From a virus, in IMG/VR virus record IMGVR_UViG_3300025276_000020: a DNA stretch of 64,000 nt; one strand, written 5' to 3'. Positions within the stretch are counted from its first letter, which is position 1; every line of letters starts with the position of its first letter. A model generated the notes under the pieces. That model made no database searches, was not told where the DNA came from, and was given only the letters and a program-made list of their open reading frames with translations. The position numbers and the translations under genes are program-made. Shown here piece by piece: positions 56,031 through 64,000 of this stretch.

Positions 56031-57209
56031 GTGACTGATGTAATAGACGAAGCTAAATTTGATCCAGCTGATTTCGATCTAGTTGCAACAGACAAAGATA
56101 AAGCCTCCGCTAAGATGAATATCGTCATGCAGTTGAGAAAGTCTATGGATGTTCGTGGTAATCTAGCTATCAAATTTGGTGACGGTAAGTCTCAGAAGGT
56201 GCCTATGAATATCATGAAGATCGCTTTAGACAAGTTTGCTAAGGTACGTAAGCCAGATTCTAAAATGAAGATGCAAGATGCTATGGGCAAATCATACAAA
56301 GATATGATTACGACACTCAAAACTTTCAAAGAGGAAACTCAGATGGACGAAGGCTTTTCACCTAAAGAAATAAAAATGGCAATTGGTGTTGCTACAGACA
56401 AACGCTACAAAGGTGGCGATATGACTGGCGCAACTCAAGCTATTGACAAGATCAAAAAGGGTCTGTCTAATCATCCTCAAGTGAAAGCGGTACTCAAAAG
56501 AGTAAACGAAGACCTTGACGAATCCTATGGATCAATGAATGCCTCTGTAGATAAAGTTAAGATTCAAAAGCAGATAGATCAAACTGAGAAGCACATGAAG
56601 ACGTTCTTCGGTAATACCTCTTCAGTTAAGATGAAGAAGCTTGCTATGCAGAAGAAGCTTGATAAACTTAAAGCTCAACTCAAGGAAGAAGTATTACTAG
56701 ACGAAGCTTTTGATCTTGTAGAAGCTATGGGTAACTGGACAATTAGTGTAGTTAAGCCTGTTAATAAGCTAAAGAAGGGTCAGAACGTAACTGTCAAGGC
56801 ACGTAGTGCATTCGAAGCAATCAACAAAGCTATGAAGCATTGGAAAGATCCTGCTTTAAAGGCTGTACCAGCTACTCACTTCAAGATTGTTAAGGAAGAA
56901 GTTGAATTAGAGCTTGACGAGGGCAAAGATTTAACGTATACTGTAGAAGCTTCAGCCTATAAAGTACTTCATAACACATTTTCTGCCGCAGTGCAAGAAG
57001 CTATTGCAGTTGCTAAGAAGCAGGGATATGACGTTGATGAGGACGATTGGTCTAATAAAGTCGCTACTGGTCCTAAAAAACCTAGTAAAGATAAGACAAA
57101 CAGATATTCTATCAAACTAGAGAAGGGCGGCAAGCCAACAAGAAAGTTCTTACAAATCCAAGTATATAACATGGGTTCGAAGTACGAGTTGAACTGCTAC
57201 GTTCAATAA
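56031..57209 (+). CDS. Modular basic protein, probable head-internal polyprotein
   Basis: Basic modules separated by IDEA, MDEG, LDES, LDEA, LVEA, LDEG. Confidence 0.6.
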   Translation: MTDVIDEAKFDPADFDLVATDKDKASAKMNIVMQLRKSMDVRGNLAIKFGDGKSQKVPMNIMKIALDKFAKVRKPDSKMKMQDAMGKSYKDMITTLKTFKEETQMDEGFSPKEIKMAIGVATDKRYKGGDMTGATQAIDKIKKGLSNHPQVKAVLKRVNEDLDESYGSMNASVDKVKIQKQIDQTEKHMKTFFGNTSSVKMKKLAMQKKLDKLKAQLKEEVLLDEAFDLVEAMGNWTISVVKPVNKLKKGQNVTVKARSAFEAINKAMKHWKDPALKAVPATHFKIVKEEVELELDEGKDLTYTVEASAYKVLHNTFSAAVQEAIAVAKKQGYDVDEDDWSNKVATGPKKPSKDKTNRYSIKLEKGGKPTRKFLQIQVYNMGSKYELNCYVQ

Positions 57210-57214
57210 ATAGT

Positions 57215-57382
57215 ATGAAAGAGTGGATAAAAAGATTTTGTGCGGATGTAGTCGAGAATTGGCCAAACCACGCAACAATGTATGAAGCACAGATGTTTAT
57301 AGATAGCGTATACCACGCTACTGGGCATCAGTCAGAAGAAATTCAAAATGAAGAAACGAACCATTTAAACAAGGAGAAATGA
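57215..57382 (+). CDS. Possible 55-aa protein (not in ORF track)
   Basis: Open frame MKEWIKRFCAD... fills the gap; no SD. Confidence 0.35.
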   Translation: MKEWIKRFCADVVENWPNHATMYEAQMFIDSVYHATGHQSEEIQNEETNHLNKEK

Positions 57383-57383
57383 A

Positions 57384-58535
57384 ATGGCATTATGGGGAAC
57401 AGTAGACACTTTGGCAGCAACGCCAAAAGTTAATACAAAAACAACAACATTTGACGCAACCAACGCCGCAGTGGTCGTTCTAGCATCAAATACAATTAAA
57501 CTACCAGGTCATAGCTATGTCACCGGCGACGGTGTACAGTACAATGATGCAGGTGGTACTGTTATCACTGGTTTGACCGATGCGACTACCGTATTTGTTA
57601 ATCGAGTTGACGCAGACACTATCAAGCTATATGGCACTAAAGCACAGGCTATCACTGGTCACGCATCAACAGGTCTTAAAGGACTTACTGGTGTTGGAGT
57701 TGGTGCAGGTCATAACTTTGTTAGAGTACCTGATGACACATACTTCATCGATACTACTGAAGCAAGCTTATCGACTAACCGTGTTAAAGGATTTAAAACT
57801 CCAGGTTGGAACGAGTACTCTACTAAAGCAGTACCAGCAACAGTATTATCTTTTAATGCTACTGCTGTGGGAGTCGATCTGGCTAACAATATCGTCAGAG
57901 TTGATAATCAACCTGTATTGATTAACGGTAGCGCAGTAACTTACTCTAGAGGCGGTCAAACAATCGTAACGGGTCTAACAGACGGTGCTGTAGTTTACGT
58001 ACATAACGTAGGCGCTGGCATGATTAAGTTATACACTACAGCCGCTCAAGCAATTGCTGGTGGAGCAACTGGTCTTAAAGCACTTACAGTTGTAGGCGTA
58101 GGAACTCAAACTTTTACAGCCGCAGACAGTGTAACACGAAACGTTATTGAAAATATCGTACCAATGAAAGTTGCCGCAGGAACTGCTGGTGATGTTGGTG
58201 TTGACGGAACTGATGATGTCTTGTTGTTCGATAGAGAAGTAGCAATCACTACTCAGCCTACGCAAGCTTCAGCAACAGTTAACTTAGCTGGCGATGCTAA
58301 CATCGTTCTAGCTGTAGTTGCTACAGCACTACCTGGAAATACAGGTCTAGCATATCAGTGGCAAGAAGATGGATCTAACATCTCTGCATCTGGTATCTAC
58401 ACCAACGTAACAACTGCAACAATGACTATTACTGGAACCACTAATAACTTAGCTGGTAAGAAGTATCGTTGTGTTGTAAGTGCTACAGCGGCGAAAGACT
58501 TGACTTCAAGCGAAGTAGTGGCTACTCAGTCTTAA
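57384..58535 (+). CDS. Virion surface protein with two internal repeats and a C-terminal Ig-like domain
   Basis: MALWG start; duplicated G.TV/I.TGLTD...V.V...IKLY.T.AQAI.G unit; ITTQP...YQWQ...YRCVVS. Confidence 0.7.
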   Translation: MALWGTVDTLAATPKVNTKTTTFDATNAAVVVLASNTIKLPGHSYVTGDGVQYNDAGGTVITGLTDATTVFVNRVDADTIKLYGTKAQAITGHASTGLKGLTGVGVGAGHNFVRVPDDTYFIDTTEASLSTNRVKGFKTPGWNEYSTKAVPATVLSFNATAVGVDLANNIVRVDNQPVLINGSAVTYSRGGQTIVTGLTDGAVVYVHNVGAGMIKLYTTAAQAIAGGATGLKALTVVGVGTQTFTAADSVTRNVIENIVPMKVAAGTAGDVGVDGTDDVLLFDREVAITTQPTQASATVNLAGDANIVLAVVATALPGNTGLAYQWQEDGSNISASGIYTNVTTATMTITGTTNNLAGKKYRCVVSATAAKDLTSSEVVATQS

Positions 58536-58561
58536 ACTGATTATAAATGAAGTTATAAATA

Positions 58562-58593
58562 ATACTGAAGAGCAGAACATCGCTCTTCAGTAT
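58562..58593 (+). other. 12-bp perfect hairpin immediately after a late promoter
   Basis: ATACTGAAGAGC-agaacatc-GCTCTTCAGTAT; TATAAATA at 58554. Confidence 0.7.
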
Positions 58594-58617
58594 AATTTAA
58601 CTAAAGGTGAATAAACT

Positions 58618-58992
58618 ATGAAGCTAGACGAAGACAGCTTTTTGCTGTATGCCGCAAAGTACTATGATATTAGAATGGCAGCATCGGCAGATGAATTTTA
58701 TGACGATCTTAAACGCTTTCAGCATTTAAAGAGATTGTTTAAGAGATATGAAGATGATGATGATTTAAAGGTCAGATTGATTCTTAATCATTTGACAGTT
58801 TTGTATAACTGTTTTGGTTCAGCCGCTACGACTATGCTGTTCTTTAAGCTTAGAGACTATCACAAGTATTTAAAACCTTTTGTGGTATTTTTAGCTTTTA
58901 TGCCTGAACTAGTAGAGTATAGCGAAGAGAAAATTATAAGTTCAGAAATACCTCTGGACGCAAGAATTATTAAAGAGTTGAGAGAGCTATGA
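58618..58992 (+). CDS. Conserved T4-like hypothetical protein
   Basis: FLLYAAKYY...EFYDDLKRF...RLILNHL. Confidence 0.75.
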   Translation: MKLDEDSFLLYAAKYYDIRMAASADEFYDDLKRFQHLKRLFKRYEDDDDLKVRLILNHLTVLYNCFGSAATTMLFFKLRDYHKYLKPFVVFLAFMPELVEYSEEKIISSEIPLDARIIKELREL

Positions 58993-59552
58993 TTGTTGAT
59001 CTATTTTTAGTCTACCAGTTTATACGAAGGTTGGCAACACCCTTCAATGAATGGTCGGCATTCAAATTAGGAATCATTGACGAAACTGGCAAACAACTTA
59101 TAAAAAGAAAAAACTTTACAACACGTGAGCAAAAAGATTCATTTCAAATTTTTGATATTATGATCGCAAAGCTCAAGCGTTTGTTAGAGAAAGTACCTGG
59201 CGGTAAGAGTCGAATTGGATCTTATGCCGCTGCCCTATATTTGATTAAAGAAAACAATCAAATTGAATCGGACTGCAACACGCTCACGGAAGAGCAACTT
59301 ACAGAAAAACTAGAGCAATATATGAATCTAGTTGAATCTACTATTGATATCGATAAAATCTTCGAAAGTGCCTTTGACGAAGACGCTCCTGCTAATAGTG
59401 CAGGTAGCGGTAACATTGCAGGTATTGGTGTAGGATCAGATGGTGAGCCAGGCGTTAGTAAGTCACAGCAAAAGAAGAAGAAGAAACAACCGCTGAAACG
59501 CTTTAGAGATGCTACGATAGAGATCGATAGCACTCCTAATCAAACAAAATAG
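58989..59552 (+). CDS. Conserved T4-like hypothetical protein
   Basis: YQFIRRLATPFNEWSAFKLGIIDETG...YAAALYLIKE. Confidence 0.75.
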   Translation: MIVDLFLVYQFIRRLATPFNEWSAFKLGIIDETGKQLIKRKNFTTREQKDSFQIFDIMIAKLKRLLEKVPGGKSRIGSYAAALYLIKENNQIESDCNTLTEEQLTEKLEQYMNLVESTIDIDKIFESAFDEDAPANSAGSGNIAGIGVGSDGEPGVSKSQQKKKKKQPLKRFRDATIEIDSTPNQTK

Positions 59553-59560
59553 GTAAATCA

Positions 59561-60016
59561 GTGGAAACAGATTTGAATAGCGTCCGTACGGATGTTGAAA
59601 TACTCAAAAATGATGTGTCTAATATACAGGGTTTATTAGGCAGATTAGACATGGCTATAGATAAGATAGCGGATGCTAGTAATGGCATATCCCGAATACT
59701 CGCTGTACACGATACACAACTTGATAAAGCTTCTACGGATAATATAGAGTCCAATAGACTTAGGGAGACGGCAAACGAATTGTTACATAAGCGTATATCT
59801 GAGAAAGAAGCTGAACACAGGCTTCAAGCCGAAAAGAATCATGAAAGCCTCATGACATTCCTCAAAGAACACGATGAAAGAAGTGAGCAATACATCACAA
59901 AAATGAATGACCGTATTACTCAACTAGAGCGATGGAAATGGGTCATGCTAGGCGGTGCTACTGTTGTAGGATTCCTATTAGCTGAATTAGAAGGATTCTT
60001 ACATATCCTTCGATAA
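59561..60016 (+). CDS. Coiled-coil protein with C-terminal transmembrane segment
   Basis: ILAVHD...LERWKWVMLGGATVVGFLL. Confidence 0.65.
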   Translation: METDLNSVRTDVEILKNDVSNIQGLLGRLDMAIDKIADASNGISRILAVHDTQLDKASTDNIESNRLRETANELLHKRISEKEAEHRLQAEKNHESLMTFLKEHDERSEQYITKMNDRITQLERWKWVMLGGATVVGFLLAELEGFLHILR

Positions 60017-60022
60017 TATGTC

Positions 60023-60050
60023 TTGACACCACGTACCAATAGTGTATAAT
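60023..60050 (+). promoter_or_regulatory. Sigma70 promoter for primase
   Basis: TTGACA-16-TATAAT. Confidence 0.7.
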
Positions 60051-60074
60051 AGACTTATTGGTTGAATTGTATAC

Positions 60075-61136
60075 GTGGAGTTTATATTGAATATTACTGA
60101 TCTAAAATATGCTGGTATCCTCTCTGTAAGATTAGAGAGATTTACTGTCAAGGCACATAATCCTTACAGGGCTAACTTCAGATGTCCTATCTGTGGTGAC
60201 TCTCAAAAGAACAAAACTAAGGCACGTGGATGGATTCTTGAGAAAGAAAACACCGCAATCATCTATTGCCATAATTGTAACGCATCACACAATATGCGTA
60301 GTTTTCTTAGATTCATCGACAACAATCTATTCAATGAATATGTGATCGACTCTGCTTTAGAGAAAGGTCAGAGACGTGAAATCTTTCAGAATAGACATCA
60401 AGAACCAATAAAGCCGTTAGACAAGCTAAGAATGAAAGCACCAAACTTTCGTAAGAAAGGCTCACCTCTACTAAAAATTAAAAAGATTTCTCAGCTAAAT
60501 TATGATCATAAAGCTAAGATTTATTTGCAAAAACGACTGATCCCGGCATCGGTACAATATAAATTATACTATGCGCCAAAGTTTAATGAGTGGGTAAACT
60601 CTATCGTACCTGGGAAGCTCCCTACAATAGAGAGAGATCGTCCTAGACTGATCATGCCATTCATAGACAAGGGCGGCAATTTGTTCGGATTTAATGCTAG
60701 AGCTTTTGGTGATGACGAACTAAGATATATAACTATAATGCTAGACGATACTATGCCTAAGATGTTTAATCTAGACAAGGTTGACTTTAACAAGAAGTAC
60801 TATGTTACAGAAGGTCCTATCGATAGTCTCTTCTTGAGTAACGCTGTCGCTATGGCAGGTGCTGATGGTAATGCTAGAGGTTTAGAGAACACAGAGAATG
60901 CTGTTTTCGTGTTTGATAACGAACCAAGAAATAAAGAGATAGTCCAGCGTATGGAAAGATGTCTAGACAAAGGCTTCAAAGTCTGCATCTTCCCTAAGAA
61001 GGAGATAGTCAAAGATATCAATGATATGGTTCTTAATGGTACCAATCCTATAGATATAGAGATGATTATAGATATGAACACCTATCAGGGACTCTCTGGA
61101 AAATTAGAGATGGCTGAATGGAAAAAAGTAACTTAA
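60075..61136 (+). CDS. gp61: DNA primase gp61
   Basis: NFRCPICGDS, CHNC, TEGPIDSLF, FDNEPRN, KDINDM; start may be TTG 60087. Confidence 0.96.
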   Translation: MEFILNITDLKYAGILSVRLERFTVKAHNPYRANFRCPICGDSQKNKTKARGWILEKENTAIIYCHNCNASHNMRSFLRFIDNNLFNEYVIDSALEKGQRREIFQNRHQEPIKPLDKLRMKAPNFRKKGSPLLKIKKISQLNYDHKAKIYLQKRLIPASVQYKLYYAPKFNEWVNSIVPGKLPTIERDRPRLIMPFIDKGGNLFGFNARAFGDDELRYITIMLDDTMPKMFNLDKVDFNKKYYVTEGPIDSLFLSNAVAMAGADGNARGLENTENAVFVFDNEPRNKEIVQRMERCLDKGFKVCIFPKKEIVKDINDMVLNGTNPIDIEMIIDMNTYQGLSGKLEMAEWKKVT

Positions 61137-61196
61137 GATAGCATTGCGTATTGACACCCTCTCAATACTATGTTATTATAACTAAATATTGGAGAG

Positions 61197-61622
61197 ATGT
61201 TTATGAGTAAAGAAGACCTAGCCAAATCACTTGGCAAGAAGTTTAAATACAGGTATGATAGTGAGCAGTACAGTAAAAGAGATGCATGGTACATCATGCG
61301 AGAAGAGACTGCTAAGGGTAAACTAGAGGGTGACTGCGAAGACTTCGCTTTAACTCTTTTATGGCACATATCTGATCATAGTTATGTGAAGTTTTGGTGG
61401 AACCTCATTTCACGCAAAGCTAAAATCTGTTATTGTTACGTAGAAACTCCAGATCGTGGACACGCTGTATTACGATACGATGGAGAATTCGCTGATAATA
61501 TTCAGAAGAAATTCGTCACTAAAGAAAAGATGGAATCAAAGGGCTATGTGTTTTCAAAATGGATGTTCATTCCAAGTACTGTAGCCATCAAGATGCTTAT
61601 AGGTAAGTTCTACAAGATATAA
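61197..61622 (+). CDS. Transglutaminase-like cysteine peptidase
   Basis: GDCEDFAL ... GHAVL ... DN triad pattern; promoter TTGACA-17-TATTAT at 61151. Confidence 0.65.
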   Translation: MFMSKEDLAKSLGKKFKYRYDSEQYSKRDAWYIMREETAKGKLEGDCEDFALTLLWHISDHSYVKFWWNLISRKAKICYCYVETPDRGHAVLRYDGEFADNIQKKFVTKEKMESKGYVFSKWMFIPSTVAIKMLIGKFYKI

Positions 61623-61643
61623 AACTTAACATGGAGAAGTGAG

Positions 61644-62135
61644 TTGATTAGAGGTATATTTGCGTGTGATCGTGAGAATGGCATTGGAAAAAATGGCACT
61701 CTACCATGGCCGCACAACAGTGAAGATTTAAAATGGTTTAAGAGAAGTACCAAAAATTGTGTAGTAGTGATGGGAAGGAGAACTTGGAATGATCCACTTA
61801 TGCCAGCTCCTCTTCCTGATCGCTACAACATAGTATTAACAACTAAAGACCTTAGTACTGGACCTAAAATGTTGTCTGGACCTAATATGATCTTTCAAGA
61901 AGTTGATAGTCTGACTCATACGATGACGCTATTTCAACAAGACGTTTGGGTAATAGGTGGTTCGACTACATTTAAGGCACTAATGCATGTGTGCGAAGAG
62001 TTATGGATAAGCCGTATTAACGGAGTTTACGACTGTGATACACATCTCAGCGATATGTGCGACTATGAATTGTTTCATAAAGAGTATGATGTCGATAAAA
62101 ATTTACGAATCGAAAAGTATAGAAGGTCAATATAG
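61644..62135 (+). CDS. frd: Dihydrofolate reductase
   Basis: GIGKNGTLPW, DLKWFK, VMGRRTW, PLPDRYN, VIGG. Confidence 0.94.
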   Translation: MIRGIFACDRENGIGKNGTLPWPHNSEDLKWFKRSTKNCVVVMGRRTWNDPLMPAPLPDRYNIVLTTKDLSTGPKMLSGPNMIFQEVDSLTHTMTLFQQDVWVIGGSTTFKALMHVCEELWISRINGVYDCDTHLSDMCDYELFHKEYDVDKNLRIEKYRRSI

Positions 62136-63022
62136 TGAAGCAATACTTAGAAGCTATGCAAGACATTATGGACAACGGTGATGAGCGTATGGACCGAACG
62201 GGAACTGGTACTAAAAGTATTTTTGGTTATCAGATGAGGTATGACCTGAGACGAGGGTTTCCAGCTGTTACAACTAAGAAGTTGGCTTGGAAGTCTGTAG
62301 TAGGTGAACTACTGTGGTTCTTAGAAGGCAGTACCGATGAGCGTAGACTAGCAGAGATTACGTTCGGAGAAGATAGGAAAGAGTTATATGACCGTAGTAC
62401 TATATGGACAGCTAATGCTGATAATCAAGGTGTAGCTTTAGGCTATCACAATGACTACATGCACAAAGGGCTTGGTCCAGTTTACGGCTTTCAATGGAGA
62501 AATTTCAACGGCTCAATGTACAATAGTGCGCCGCATCTTCAAGGGACAGACCAGATCACGTGGCTCATCAATGAGATAAAAACAAATCCGGACAGTCGTA
62601 GATTAATTCTAAGTGCATGGAATCCTAATCAGATCGACCAGATGGCTTTACCTCCTTGTCACACTATGTCGCAGTTCTACGTCAACAATGGAAAACTGAG
62701 TTGTCAAATGTATCAGAGAAGCGCAGATATGTTTTTAGGTGTACCCTTTAACATCGCAAGCTATGCTTTATTGACACACATTATAGCGAAAATAACTGGT
62801 CTACAAGTCGGTGATTTCGTCCATACGGTTGGCGATGTACATATATACAATACACACTATGAAGCAGTGAGCGAACAACTAAAGCGCATTCCGCAAAACC
62901 TACCTTCACTACGTATGCCAAAGTTTACTTCACTAGATGAAGTACTAGATTTGGACGTCTCTGACTTCCAGTTAGAGGGATATAAACCAATGAGTGCTAT
63001 CAAAGCAATGATGGCAGTCTAA
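62135..63022 (+). CDS. td: Thymidylate synthase (ThyA type)
   Basis: DRTGTGT, LGPVYG.QWR, LPPCH, YQRSADMFLGVPFNIASY. Confidence 0.97.
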   Translation: MKQYLEAMQDIMDNGDERMDRTGTGTKSIFGYQMRYDLRRGFPAVTTKKLAWKSVVGELLWFLEGSTDERRLAEITFGEDRKELYDRSTIWTANADNQGVALGYHNDYMHKGLGPVYGFQWRNFNGSMYNSAPHLQGTDQITWLINEIKTNPDSRRLILSAWNPNQIDQMALPPCHTMSQFYVNNGKLSCQMYQRSADMFLGVPFNIASYALLTHIIAKITGLQVGDFVHTVGDVHIYNTHYEAVSEQLKRIPQNLPSLRMPKFTSLDEVLDLDVSDFQLEGYKPMSAIKAMMAV

Positions 63023-63043
63023 TAACAAATAAATGGAAATGAG

Positions 63044-64000
63044 ATGACAATAAAGATAGATAAAACAAAAGATAGTCTACTAGAGTCCTACGCTGTAGGA
63101 ATGCTAAAAGACTTTTACTTAACAGAGTATGAGAAATCGCCACAAGAGGCTTTCAAACGTGCATCAACTGCATGGTCGAAATACCGAGAAGATATGAATG
63201 AAGACATGGCACAACGATTGTATAACTATGTCTCTAACAAGTGGTTCATGTTCGCATCACCAGTATTGTCTAATGCTCCTAATGGTGCTAAACAAGGTAA
63301 AGGAATGCCCATCTCATGTTTCTTGACTTATGTTCCAGACACTCTTGAGGGTCTTATTGGTCACACTTCTGAGTTACGTTGGCTATCTGTTTACGGTGGT
63401 GGAGTTGGTGGTCACTGGTCTGATGTGCGTACTGTATCTGATGTAGCACCTGGTCCTATGCCTTTTCTCCACACAGTAGATGCTGACATGATTGCATATC
63501 GTCAAGGTAAAACTCGTAAGGGCTCTTATGCGGCATACATGGACATCTCTCACCCAGACATCATCGAATTTCTTAACATGCGTATACCTACAGGTGACGT
63601 ACAACGTAAAGCTCTGAACTTGCACAACGCTGTAAACATTACTGATGAGTTTATGAATGCCGCGGCAGAAGGGAAATCTTTTGACCTCCGTGATCCAAAA
63701 GATGGAAGTGTTAAAGATAGTGTAGATGCTCGTAAACTGTGGGAGCGTATTATAGAGACACGCTTTAGAACTGGTGAGCCTTACATGAATTTCATCGACA
63801 CTGCTAATCGTGATCTGCCTCAACCTCTGAAAGATTTGGGTCTCAAGATCAATGGATCTAATCTCTGTAATGAAATTCATTTACCAACTAGCGAAGATCG
63901 CACCGCTGTGTGTTGCTTATCATCCTTGAATCTAGAATACTATGATGAGTGGAAAGATACGAGTATTGTTGCTGATCTTATCTGTATGTTAGATAACGTT
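63044..64000 (+). CDS. nrdA: Ribonucleotide reductase class I alpha subunit, 3'-truncated (not in ORF track)
   Basis: MTIKIDK... open to the window end; ASPVLSN, PISCF, GGGVG, TGEPY, GSNLCNEI, VCCLSSLNL. Confidence 0.92.
   Translation, partial: MTIKIDKTKDSLLESYAVGMLKDFYLTEYEKSPQEAFKRASTAWSKYREDMNEDMAQRLYNYVSNKWFMFASPVLSNAPNGAKQGKGMPISCFLTYVPDTLEGLIGHTSELRWLSVYGGGVGGHWSDVRTVSDVAPGPMPFLHTVDADMIAYRQGKTRKGSYAAYMDISHPDIIEFLNMRIPTGDVQRKALNLHNAVNITDEFMNAAAEGKSFDLRDPKDGSVKDSVDARKLWERIIETRFRTGEPYMNFIDTANRDLPQPLKDLGLKINGSNLCNEIHLPTSEDRTAVCCLSSLNLEYYDEWKDTSIVADLICMLDNV

Noticed and set aside
62135-63022. td as a dCMP/dUMP hydroxymethylase or intron-containing gene
   Set aside because: Continuous ORF with canonical ThyA motifs including the Asn of PFNIASY, adjacent to DHFR
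1499-63880. Minus-strand ORFs and alternate-frame plus ORFs in the track (e.g. 3350-3838, 25492-25950, 63383-63880)
   Set aside because: They lie within well-supported plus-strand genes, lack SDs and recognisable motifs, and are best explained as shadow frames
1-64000. Avoidance of GATC, GANTC, CTAG, GGWCC or CCWGG
   Set aside because: All are readily found by eye; only the HGCWGCD pattern stood out

Overview
The window is a 64-kb, almost entirely plus-strand segment of a T4-like (myovirus) phage genome, probably marine. A DUF1127 gene and a ROSE-like hsp20 leader point tentatively to an alphaproteobacterial host. Gene order: tail-fibre/adhesin genes with assembly chaperones (1-6.6 kb); neck, terminase, tail and head genes gp13-gp23 and gp3 (6.7-20 kb); uvsY, uvsW, gp55, gp47, gp46 (20-26 kb); a four-gene sugar-activation/glycosyltransferase cluster ending in a GREB1/TAGT-like enzyme (26-30 kb); small early genes behind repeated sigma70 promoters (30-33 kb); gp45/44/62, regA, dUTPase, hsp20, ligase, gp43, uvsX, gp41 (33-44 kb); a late-promoter block of nuclease-, ligase- and nucleotidyltransferase-like proteins and modular polyproteins with capsid-targeting-like N-termini and prohead-protease-like sites, plus a GH19 endolysin (45.7-60 kb); then primase, DHFR, thymidylate synthase and a truncated nrdA. 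The most notable signals are four: (i) an apparent capsid-packaged, protease-processed effector set; (ii) GCWGC seen only as GGCWGC/GCWGCC, suggesting restriction avoidance rescued by context-specific phage DNA modification; (iii) a candidate DNA-glycosylation cluster; (iv) a self-contained antisense late structured RNA at 44.62-44.79 kb. All family calls come from motif recognition by eye; no database searches were run.
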